NCBI GenBank assembly: GCA_045863235.1
Contig: BTUM01000026.1
Location: 21,468 to 85,467 of the forward strand
Direction: 5' to 3'
Length of the DNA stretch: 64,000 bases
Source: Candidatus Xenobia bacterium
GTDB lineage: Bacteria; Vulcanimicrobiota; Xenobia; Xenobiales; QWHO01
The stretch's first letter is position 1, and each line of letters starts with the position of its first letter. Position numbers and translations under genes: made by a program. The notes below the pieces were generated by a model. The model was not told where the DNA came from. It saw only the letters and a program-made list of their open reading frames with translations, and ran no database searches. Below are positions 55,907 to 64,000 of this stretch, piece by piece.

Positions 55907-56781
55907 CCAAAGAGCAGGCAGAAGAGGTAGCCTCCCCCGGCCCGCAAGGCGGCCACGCCCACCTGGCGATAGCCGGGGTGGAGCAGGTTGTCTTTGTGGG
56001 AAGGGCTCTGGAGCATCGTCTGCAAGGCCTCAGCCGGGCTGGGGGCCTGGCTCAGGTTCTCTCCCAGCTTCAGAAACCGAAGCCCCCGGGCCCGCAGCCT
56101 GGCATCCGGCGGCTCGGGGCCGAAGTGGCCGCGCTGGTTCGTCTCCAGCATGCGCTGCACGTATTCTCGTCCCACTTCGGTCATGGTGGGGTTCAGGACC
56201 AGAGGCACCAGGCCCCGCCGGGCCCGCTCGCTGTTCAGGCGACGCAGGATCTCGGCTTCGGCCGGCAGCAAGAAGTCGTCGAGCACCTCGGTGGTCAGCG
56301 GCACCGGCTGTCCCGAGCGGCAGGCGGCCAGCTCGCGGGCCAGCAGCGGGTTGCCCGGGTAGCCCTGGTGCGCAAAGCGGACCACCCCCTCCGGGTCCAC
56401 CACGAACAGGGTGGGCACGGTGGTCACCCCCCAGGCGCGGCTGACGCGCGAAGTGGCGTCCATCAGCACCGGGAAGAAGATTCCCTCCCGGGCCAGCAGC
56501 GGCTCGACCTGGCTGCGCCCCCGGGTATCCACCGAGACGAAGAGGATCACCGGATCGAGCTCGGGATGCTCGGCCACCAGGCGCTTGAGGCGGCGCACTT
56601 CCTCCTTCCACGTATCGCACCAGCAGGCCCAGAAATTGACCAGCACGACCCGGCCTCGGAACTGGCTCAGGCTGACGCGATTGCCATGCAGGTCGGCCAG
56701 GGCGAAATCGGGAGCTGGCTGGCCAGGAACGGGCGCCGCCCAGACCACGCGAAGGAGCAGCAGGACCAGGATCCACCTCAC
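55891..56781 (-). CDS. TlpA-like redoxin fused to CAP (SCP) domain
   Basis: APDFAL, VNFWACWCDTW, TVPT; NSER, GENL, SPSHKDNLL; GTGA-coupled to the macroglobulin. Confidence 0.85.
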   Translation of the reverse strand: MRWILVLLLLRVVWAAPVPGQPAPDFALADLHGNRVSLSQFRGRVVLVNFWACWCDTWKEEVRRLKRLVAEHPELDPVILFVSVDTRGRSQVEPLLAREGIFFPVLMDATSRVSRAWGVTTVPTLFVVDPEGVVRFAHQGYPGNPLLARELAACRSGQPVPLTTEVLDDFLLPAEAEILRRLNSERARRGLVPLVLNPTMTEVGREYVQRMLETNQRGHFGPEPPDARLRARGLRFLKLGENLSQAPSPAEALQTMLQSPSHKDNLLHPGYRQVGVAALRAGGGYLFCLLFGQGQR

Positions 56782-59700
56782 TGGCGCAGGATCTCCAGCA
56801 CCTGACTTTGAGAGCAACCCCACACCTCGGGCCGGTACATCAGGCTGGCTCGCGCCGGTAGAGCCTGAAACCGGCCCGGCGTCTCGGCTCGCTGGCGATA
56901 GACCAGCCGGGTGCGGCCGGCCGGCAGGGAGCTCAGGAAGAACACCGTGCGGTCGTCACGCACCTCGCGCCGATACGGCAAGCCGGCTTCGTCGGGCACC
57001 TCCATCCCGGCCGCGCGAGGGTCCTCCAGCATCAAATACTCCATCGCCTGAGGCGCCTCCAGCACCAGCTCCACCTCGAGCTCATCCTGAGGGTGCACCG
57101 CAGCTGCCAGGGGGGCGCGCTGACCAGGACGACGGTAGGTCCGCTCCACCCTCAGCCCGTGCTGCTCGGCGGCCAGCACGTCCAGCTCGGAGGCCTCGTA
57201 GTAGGTCAGCCGCGCCGAGACAACCGGCAAGCCCGCGCTGGGAGCGAGCTCCAGGCGATGTTGACCGGGCCCGGGCTCGAGCCGGGCGCGGCCCTCGGTC
57301 AGGGCCACGCTCTGACCATCGAGCCGAACCTCGAGGCCCGTGGCGGTAGCCGTCTGGCCGGTGGCAACCAGGTAGCTCGACAGCAAGAAGACGGCCTGGG
57401 CCGAGTCTTTGGTGGATTTCCAGCGCTGGGACAGCACCCAGGCCACCCCGGGCGAGAGCAGCGGATCCTGCGCGTTGTCGTGAACCAGTGCTTGCAGCAC
57501 CAGGCAGGTGGCCTCCAGGTCGTCGTCGGTCCAGCCGTAGGCGGTGCGGCTGGCTGCCTTCCAGTGAGCCAGCGAGCCTTCCCGCACGGCCAGCTGGCGC
57601 AGAGCCGTCAAATCGGGCTTCTGGCCCGCTTGCTGGAGGCCCAGGGCCACCAGAGCGCGACTGTAGGTGGACAGGCTGGCCTCCAGCTCGAGGGCCTTCA
57701 GCTGCTCCAGGGGAGCATGTCCCGCCAGGGCCAGGGCCCAGGCCAGGTAGGCGCGGTCCTCGGGCGAGCTGGCAGCATCCAGGAGCTGGCGAGCGCACTC
57801 GACGCCCGCCTGGAGAACCTCCTCGCGGATGGGCCAGTTGGCCTGGCGGGCCCGCACCAGCCCGGAGATGACGTAACCGGTCAGGAAGGGATTGGTGCGG
57901 TCCTCCTTCCACCAGCCCCAGCCGCCATCTTCGTGCTGGTAGCCGTAGAGCGCCTCCAGACTGGCCGTAACCATGGCTTGCAGCTCGGTCTCGGAAATGG
58001 GGCTCTTGAGATTCAAGCTCTGGAGCGCCTGCGAGGCGGCCAGGGTGGGCACGAAGCGGCTCATGGTCTGCTCCACGCAGCCATAGGGGTAGTCGGCCAG
58101 GTAGCGCAGCGTGTCCGCCACGACCCCGGCCGGCGAGCCGTCCAGGCGCACCTCCAGGCGCACCCGGCGCGCCCCGGCGGGAATGCGGTAGTCGAGCTCG
58201 CGCGGCCCGTCGAGCAGACCGGCGAAGTACTGCTCGCGAGGCAGACCAAACGGCTTGACGGGCACCCGCACCCGCTCCGCATCCCCCTCATTTCCAGCCC
58301 TGGCGCGCGAGAGAAGCTCAACTTCCTCGCTCGACTGCACGGCCAGCCTGGTACGCAGCTCACTCTGACCTCCGGCGGCCACGACGCTCTCGGCGGCGGC
58401 GGGTTGAACGGCCTGGGCCCCCTTCGTCTCCAGCGAGAGCGCCAGCTTCTGGCTCTCTTCGGTGCGATTGTGGGCCACGAGCTTGACGTCGCTCTCATCG
58501 CCCTGCACCCAGAAGCGGGGCGCGAAAGCCTGCACCATGATCGGCAGGCGCACCAGCAACCGGGCGCTGGTCTGACCCACCGAAGCGGGGGGGCTCACGG
58601 CCCGGGCGGTTGCCCGCCAGCTGGTCAGGTTGTCGGGCAGGGGGACCGATACCCGGGCGGTGCCGTCCGCGCCGGTCAGCACCGCCGCCTGCCAGAAGGC
58701 GGTGTCCTGGAAGTTCTCGCGCACCGGCGCCTGAGCTTCGATCGTCTGAAAGCCGGCCACCCACGGCTTGCGGGGGATGGCTTCAAAGCTCTGCACCAGG
58801 TTGGGTCGCTGTGCGTAAAAGAAACGATGGATGTCGCCCGCGTATTCGGCCTTGAGTGCCAGCAAGGCCTCATCCACCACCGCCAGGGCCACGCTGGAGC
58901 GACGCGGCTGCCCCTGCTCTCGGGTCACCAGGGTCAGCTCGGCCGTCTGGGCCGGGCGGAAGTCTTCGCGATCCTTGCTCAGGCTGACCTCGAGGTGGTT
59001 CTGGTCCAGGGGCACCCGCAGCGCAACACTGTCCTCCAGCGAGTACTGAGGCTGCGGCAAGGTGGCCCGGAGCGTGACCGAGGGAGCGTACTCCCGGGTG
59101 ACTTTCAGGTCGACCACGGCCGACTTCCCCGACATCACCACCACCCGTTGATCGAGCAGGCGGCTGCCTTCCACCGTCAGCCAGACGGTGCCGGGGCGAT
59201 CGGCCAGGATCAAGCAGCGCAAGCTCTCGCCCGGTCGGGCGCTGGTGCGTGCGGGGACCAGCTGCAGGGCGGGATAGTCCTGCTCGGAGGCCGTGCCGCT
59301 GATCCAGATCCAGCTCTCCCCTTCAACCTTCTGGCTGACGGCCCGCAAACGCAGAGAACCGGCCGACCGGGGCCGGAAGCTCACGGTCGTCTGCCCCTCG
59401 GCCCCGGTCCGGAAGGGGAGCCGCTCGAGCAGCTTGCGCCCCCTCCAGACCTCCACCTGGCCGCTGGCGGCGTGGGGTTTCCCCAGCCGGTCCAGCGTGC
59501 GCACCTTCAGGGCCACCGGCTGTCCCACCGAGCCCACCCACTGCAGAGGCCTGACATAGACCCCGTAGCGATCCACCGAGCCCAACGTGCTGGCCGTCTG
59601 CTCCACCTCGCGCCCCTCGGCGCCCACAACCTTGACCGAGAGGAAGTAGCGCGCATCGCGCTTGCGCTCCGGGGCGCTCAGGCGGATCACGGCCTTCCCC

Positions 59701-61754
59701 TGCTCATCGGTCACAGCCTCGCCCTCGGTGACGAAAGAACGGTAGCTGCGGTAGTCGGTGGCCAGCGGGTCCTCCTCTCCTTCGGCCGGGTCCGGCTCGC
59801 CGTAGAGCTCGACCTGGCTCAACGTCCAGGAGACTTGAGCACCCTTCACCGGACCTGCGAAGAAGTAGCTGGCGTCAAGCTCGAAGGTCAGGGGCTCCGA
59901 ACCTACGTAAAGAGGCCTGGTGGCCCGCAAGGCGATCTGGAAGGGGGGCTTGCGGAACTCCTGCACCTCGAACGGCAGGCTGTCTGGCCCGGCCGTCAGC
60001 GTGCAGCGGCCCAGGGGCACCTCGGCTGGCAGCGTGAGCTGGCCCTGGATCACCCCGAACTCGTCCGTCGTCAGCGTGGTGTCGAGTAGCTTGCTGTCGG
60101 CCGGATCGCGGATCACCACCGCCACCGGCTCCCCCGTGGCCACCTGCTGGCCCTCGGGCCCGAGCTTCATGGCCACGCCCCGAAAGAACAGCTTGTGGCC
60201 CGGACGATAAAGCGGGCGGTCGGTCTGCAGGTAGATGCGCAACGGACGCTCGGGACCAACCCCGGGGGTGGTCAAACGCAGCTGCTGAGCCCCCAGACGG
60301 GCGTCGACCTGGTAGGCCGGACGACTCTGGCCGGAGGGCAGAGGAAAGCTGAGCTGACCCAGGGCGTCGGTCACTCCCTGGCCCAGACCGGGGACGGTGA
60401 CCGAGACGCCCGCCGCAGGCTTGCGCCGGGCCAGGCTCTGGACCTGCAGGTAAAGCCGCTCGGGACTGAGCTTGCCCAGCAGGGCCAGGTCGGTCAGGCT
60501 GACCTCGGCGCCGGCCTCGTGGCCGGCCCCCCGGGCCACCACCCGGTAGACCCCGGGTCCGGGCACCTTCAGCTTGACCCCCATCGAGTCGGAGCTATAG
60601 CCCACCCGCCATGGCATGCTCTTGCGAGCCACCACTTTCCCGCCCTGGAGGACCTCCAGGTTGACCCCGTTCAGGTAGCGCCCCGAGACGGTAAAGCGCA
60701 CTTCGGGCGGAACCTGGGGCGACTCGGCCGTGACCGACAGCTGGCTGGCGCCGCTGAAGCGCACGGTCCCCGGGCCATCGCCCAGGCCCACCAGGGTGGA
60801 GCGAGCCCCCACTACCACACGCTGGGTCGTGCGCAGGGCCAGCGTCTCGCCCTCGTAGCCCTGGAAAAGCCCCGGGTAGGTGGTCTGATCCACCTTGAGC
60901 TTGGGAATCGGAAAGTCGTAGAAGCTCTTGCCCAGCACCCGGGCCTCGGGGCTGAGACCGCGTCGCACCACCCGGCCGGAATCGAGCTCGAGGAGCAGAT
61001 CGTCCACCTGCAACAGCCCGGGAGCGGCCTGGGACAGGCGTGGCCAGCTGACTTTGTGCTGCCAGAGCAGCTTGCCCTGGCGGTTGTAGAGACGGAGCGC
61101 GTCGGAGCGGTCGGCCACCCGACCCTGGAAGACGCTGGGATCATTCAGCTTGCGACGGACCAGAACCTCGCCGCGGGCGTTGAGCCAGAGCGTCTCCGGA
61201 CCGACCTGCACCACTCCCGGAGCCAGCAACCGGGCATCCTTGAGAGGCAGCCGGACCTCTCCGAAGCCGACCTGGGTGGGCGTGCAGATCCAGAGGCTGG
61301 AGCCCTCGGGCTCGCAGGCGAGAACCTTCTCTGGGTGGCGCTCGAGCTCGACACCTGTGGCCGGATCGAGCGCCACCGGGATCTGTTGCTCCAGCACCCA
61401 GAGCCGACCCCCCTGCAGGCGAGGATTCTGCCCCGCGTGTCGCCAGCGCTCCTGACCGTTAGACAGGTTCAGAGCCACCACACCGCTTCCGCGGCTCACG
61501 ATGACCGCTCCTTGAACAGCCAGGAGGGGCGAGTCAAGGTTCGGAGAGCGCCAGACAATCTTGCCGTCCGAGCTGGCTACACACACCAACTGGTCGCCCG
61601 CCAGCACCAGAACGTTCGATTCTATCGCTACCGCTGCCTGAATGGGACCGGGCAGCTCCAGGGCCCAGGCCACGCCGGAGGGCAGCTCCCGGGCGGCCAC
61701 CAGGCCGGCCAGCAGCCAGAAGAGGAGCAAAATTCTCAAGCGAGAAAGTGACAC
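56778..61754 (-). CDS. Bacterial alpha-2-macroglobulin with N-terminal PQQ-like beta-propeller
   Basis: TDRPLYRPG, EFRKP, VDE, RENFQDTAFW, PDNLTSW, thioester YPYGCVEQ, DGGWGWW; G..W repeats at the N-terminus. Confidence 0.92.
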   Translation of the reverse strand: MSLSRLRILLLFWLLAGLVAARELPSGVAWALELPGPIQAAVAIESNVLVLAGDQLVCVASSDGKIVWRSPNLDSPLLAVQGAVIVSRGSGVVALNLSNGQERWRHAGQNPRLQGGRLWVLEQQIPVALDPATGVELERHPEKVLACEPEGSSLWICTPTQVGFGEVRLPLKDARLLAPGVVQVGPETLWLNARGEVLVRRKLNDPSVFQGRVADRSDALRLYNRQGKLLWQHKVSWPRLSQAAPGLLQVDDLLLELDSGRVVRRGLSPEARVLGKSFYDFPIPKLKVDQTTYPGLFQGYEGETLALRTTQRVVVGARSTLVGLGDGPGTVRFSGASQLSVTAESPQVPPEVRFTVSGRYLNGVNLEVLQGGKVVARKSMPWRVGYSSDSMGVKLKVPGPGVYRVVARGAGHEAGAEVSLTDLALLGKLSPERLYLQVQSLARRKPAAGVSVTVPGLGQGVTDALGQLSFPLPSGQSRPAYQVDARLGAQQLRLTTPGVGPERPLRIYLQTDRPLYRPGHKLFFRGVAMKLGPEGQQVATGEPVAVVIRDPADSKLLDTTLTTDEFGVIQGQLTLPAEVPLGRCTLTAGPDSLPFEVQEFRKPPFQIALRATRPLYVGSEPLTFELDASYFFAGPVKGAQVSWTLSQVELYGEPDPAEGEEDPLATDYRSYRSFVTEGEAVTDEQGKAVIRLSAPERKRDARYFLSVKVVGAEGREVEQTASTLGSVDRYGVYVRPLQWVGSVGQPVALKVRTLDRLGKPHAASGQVEVWRGRKLLERLPFRTGAEGQTTVSFRPRSAGSLRLRAVSQKVEGESWIWISGTASEQDYPALQLVPARTSARPGESLRCLILADRPGTVWLTVEGSRLLDQRVVVMSGKSAVVDLKVTREYAPSVTLRATLPQPQYSLEDSVALRVPLDQNHLEVSLSKDREDFRPAQTAELTLVTREQGQPRRSSVALAVVDEALLALKAEYAGDIHRFFYAQRPNLVQSFEAIPRKPWVAGFQTIEAQAPVRENFQDTAFWQAAVLTGADGTARVSVPLPDNLTSWRATARAVSPPASVGQTSARLLVRLPIMVQAFAPRFWVQGDESDVKLVAHNRTEESQKLALSLETKGAQAVQPAAAESVVAAGGQSELRTRLAVQSSEEVELLSRARAGNEGDAERVRVPVKPFGLPREQYFAGLLDGPRELDYRIPAGARRVRLEVRLDGSPAGVVADTLRYLADYPYGCVEQTMSRFVPTLAASQALQSLNLKSPISETELQAMVTASLEALYGYQHEDGGWGWWKEDRTNPFLTGYVISGLVRARQANWPIREEVLQAGVECARQLLDAASSPEDRAYLAWALALAGHAPLEQLKALELEASLSTYSRALVALGLQQAGQKPDLTALRQLAVREGSLAHWKAASRTAYGWTDDDLEATCLVLQALVHDNAQDPLLSPGVAWVLSQRWKSTKDSAQAVFLLSSYLVATGQTATATGLEVRLDGQSVALTEGRARLEPGPGQHRLELAPSAGLPVVSARLTYYEASELDVLAAEQHGLRVERTYRRPGQRAPLAAAVHPQDELEVELVLEAPQAMEYLMLEDPRAAGMEVPDEAGLPYRREVRDDRTVFFLSSLPAGRTRLVYRQRAETPGRFQALPARASLMYRPEVWGCSQSQVLEILRQ

Positions 61755-61947
61755 GACTTGTACGGGTCCTTCGTGGGGTGGGCGCAGGTTCGGCGCCTCT
61801 GTCCGAGGGCCTGTTGAGTTTTTTTCAGAATGTCTCGAACTGAAAAAGGTTCAATGACATGCTGAAGCGAATAGGACTTTTAAGGGGATCTTAGGTTTTA
61901 TCGAGCGCGGGCCGCAAGGCCCGCTCGACTTGAGCAACGAGAAGTAA

Positions 61948-64000
61948 ATGAGGTCGGACGCAGAGGAAACCAGCGAGCTGGCTGAGTGGCTCCGCCGCAG
62001 GGCAGAGCGACTCGAAGCCCTGGCTGATGAGCAATATAGCGGGATGGCACCAACCCGGATCGAGGAGGAGTCTGACAACCTCCACGAGCTGGTCGGCCAG
62101 ACCGAGAGCCGACTCATGGCTTTGCGCCTGCACAAGCTGCAAGCGCACCTGTCCGACGTCGACACCATTTTACGCGACCTGAAAGCCGATCTGGCCGAAC
62201 GCCAGGAAGGGGGGCGCCCGGCCAACCTGCTCGAGTCGCTGGTGCAGGCCGCCGAGGCCGAACGAGCCCGACTGGCCCGCCTGGTCAACGCCACCCGGGC
62301 CAGCATGGTGGACGTGAGCCGTGAACGGCGCTCGCTGACCCGCTACGAGTCGTTCGAGGACTATGGTCGACCTGACTCCACCCGCCGCGAGAGCGACTAC
62401 CTGCGGCATTTGTTTGGTGAGACTCGGGAAGACCTGCCCATCGTGCGCGAGCGTCCCCGGCGGCGTGAACGCGAGCGGGCGCCCGAGCGGGCTCCTGAGC
62501 GTCGCGAGCCCAAACGTCGCCGCAGCGAGCGCACCGAGTATGACCTGGATGCGGTCCAGGCTCCCAGCCGCGAAGAGCTCGAAGAGCGCCACCGAGAGCG
62601 ACTCGAGCAGGCCAAAGCCAGGCGCGCGGCCGAACAAGAGCGGGCGGAGGCGGCCAGGTTGGCCCGCGAGCAGCAACGCGAGGAGCAGCGTCTGAAGGCG
62701 GCTGAGCGCGAGCGCTTGCAGCGCGAGAAGGAGAAGGATGTTCTGGCCCGGCGCGAGGCCGAGCGCGAGCGTCAGAAACAAGAGCGGGAAGAAAAACGCC
62801 GCCTCCAGGCGGAAGCTGAGCGCGAAGAGAAGGCCAGACGCCTGGCCAAAGTCGAGCAAGAGCGCAGCAGCGCCCGCGAGCGCATGGAGAAACGCCGGCT
62901 CGAGCGCGAGCAGGCCGCCCAGGAAGAGGCCGCTCGCAAGGCCGCCGTGTTGGCCAAACGGGCCGAGAAGCTGAAAGAGCTGGAATCCTCGCGTTCCGAA
63001 GCAGCCGCCCAGGAAGAAGCCAGGAAATCCGAGCGTGAGGCGCGTCGCGCGGCCCGGGCAGCCGAACTGGAGGCCCGTCGAGCCGGCGAGGCCGAGGCCC
63101 AGCAGAAAGCCCTGTCCGAGCGCGAAGCGCGCCGAGCCGAACGTGAGGCGAAGCGCGCCGCCGAGCCGGCCGCGGTCGACGACCGCGAGGCCCGTCGAGC
63201 TGCCCGGCGAGCCGCCCAGGAGCCCGGGCCGGTCAGCGAGCGCGAGACCCGCAGAGCGGCCCGGCAAGCCGAAGAGGCCGCTCCGGCGGACGACCGCGAA
63301 GCTCGCAGAGCGGCCAGACGGGCGGCCCAGGAGGCGGCCGAAGCGCCTCCCGTGGACGACCGTGAGGCCCGCAGAGCAGCCCGGCGCGCTGCCCAGGAGG
63401 AAGCCGAGGCGGCTCCGGTCGGCGACCGTGAGGCCCGCAGGGCGGCCCGGCGAGCCGGTCAGGAGGCGGCCGAAGAGGCGCCGGTCAGCGACCGTGAAGC
63501 CCGCAGAGCAGCCCGGCGCGCGGCTCAGGAAGAAGCCGAAGCCCCGGTCAGCGACCGCGACGCTCGGCGTGCCGCTCGCGAAGCCCGTCGCGCCGAGCGC
63601 CAGGGCGTACCGCGCCCTGAGCTGGCGACTCCCGCCGAGGAAGAAGACGAGATCGCCGCGCTGTTGCGCGACGTGGATGAGGAGATCGGGGGCTCGCCTC
63701 GCCGTCCCCTGGTTGAGCTGACCGACCTCGAAGACGAAGACGTGGAGCTCGCCGAGGTCGAGGTCGCTGAGGAAGAGGCCGCTGAGGTCGAGGAGCAAGA
63801 GGGCGAAGCAGGGGTCGAGGAGTTCGAGCTCGCTGAGCAAGAGGCTGAAATCGAGCCCATCGCGGTCTCCGAAGGCGAGGTCGCAGAGTTCGAGCTCGCC
63901 GAGGAGCCCATCGAGGCCGAAGTCGTCGAGGAAGAGGCCGCCGAAGCCGAGGTCGTCGAGGAAGAGGCCGCCGAGGCCGAGGTCGTCGAGGAAGAGGCCG
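61948..64000 (+). CDS. Large coiled-coil, low-complexity protein, runs off the window
   Basis: Frame open from ATG 61948 (MRSDAEETSELAEW..) to the end; absent from the ORF track because no stop falls in the window. Confidence 0.8.
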   Translation, partial: MRSDAEETSELAEWLRRRAERLEALADEQYSGMAPTRIEEESDNLHELVGQTESRLMALRLHKLQAHLSDVDTILRDLKADLAERQEGGRPANLLESLVQAAEAERARLARLVNATRASMVDVSRERRSLTRYESFEDYGRPDSTRRESDYLRHLFGETREDLPIVRERPRRRERERAPERAPERREPKRRRSERTEYDLDAVQAPSREELEERHRERLEQAKARRAAEQERAEAARLAREQQREEQRLKAAERERLQREKEKDVLARREAERERQKQEREEKRRLQAEAEREEKARRLAKVEQERSSARERMEKRRLEREQAAQEEAARKAAVLAKRAEKLKELESSRSEAAAQEEARKSEREARRAARAAELEARRAGEAEAQQKALSEREARRAEREAKRAAEPAAVDDREARRAARRAAQEPGPVSERETRRAARQAEEAAPADDREARRAARRAAQEAAEAPPVDDREARRAARRAAQEEAEAAPVGDREARRAARRAGQEAAEEAPVSDREARRAARRAAQEEAEAPVSDRDARRAAREARRAERQGVPRPELATPAEEEDEIAALLRDVDEEIGGSPRRPLVELTDLEDEDVELAEVEVAEEEAAEVEEQEGEAGVEEFELAEQEAEIEPIAVSEGEVAEFELAEEPIEAEVVEEEAAEAEVVEEEAAEAEVVEEEA
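63178..63600 (+). repeat. ~7 imperfect 54-66 bp coding repeats (DREARRAARRAAQE..PV)
   Basis: Recurrent GACCGYGARGCYCG.. units. Confidence 0.85.
63913..64000 (+). repeat. 30-bp coding tandem repeat (EAEVVEEEAA)
   Basis: GARGCCGARGTCGTCGAGGAAGAGGCCGCC, ~3 copies up to the window edge. Confidence 0.85.

Noticed and set aside
56605..56635. Selenocysteine in the redoxin motif
   Set aside because: The codon is TGG, not TGA
63178..64000. Repeat arrays as possible CRISPR
   Set aside because: Unit lengths are multiples of 3, in frame and degenerate at wobble positions; no unique spacers, no cas genes

Overview
High-GC (~67% by eye) bacterial chromosome segment. No rRNA, tRNA, CRISPR array or intact mobile element was seen. 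The gene mix (outer-membrane secretin, Rrf2-suf operon with Rieske and SufT, SpoVG, many leaderless genes) suggests a diderm Terrabacteria-type lineage such as Ca. Eremiobacterota/Xenobia; this is inference only. Housekeeping blocks: dapD-dapE-aminotransferase, a complete rrf2-sufCBD-Rieske-sufS-sufU-sufT operon, mscL, and a type II secretion cluster (gspI-J-K-L-M-N-D-E-F) with a detached gspC. Interspersed are many orphan, effector-like genes without Sec signal peptides: two paralogous large phospholipase D proteins, a paladin-like phosphatase, a subtilase, a clostripain-like protease, a CarF/TMEM189 desaturase and several hypotheticals. The main observation is a candidate protein-targeting code. 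Three unrelated proteins end in the same gap-free 18-residue motif ([IV]-x-[EQ]-x4-V-x-[VFI]-G-G-x-x-[LV]-x-[KR]-[RA]), and about ten proteins start with a low-complexity leader, several containing an FlgM-like D-x-V-x-(I/L)-S box. Also found: apparent pseudoenzymes (kinase, cyclase, archaemetzincin), a 28-bp palindrome forming back-to-back sigma70 promoters, a tandem IscR-type operator, unannotated gene remnants (MNT, P450, methyltransferase), a 31-aa coupled membrane peptide, and candidate structured RNAs.
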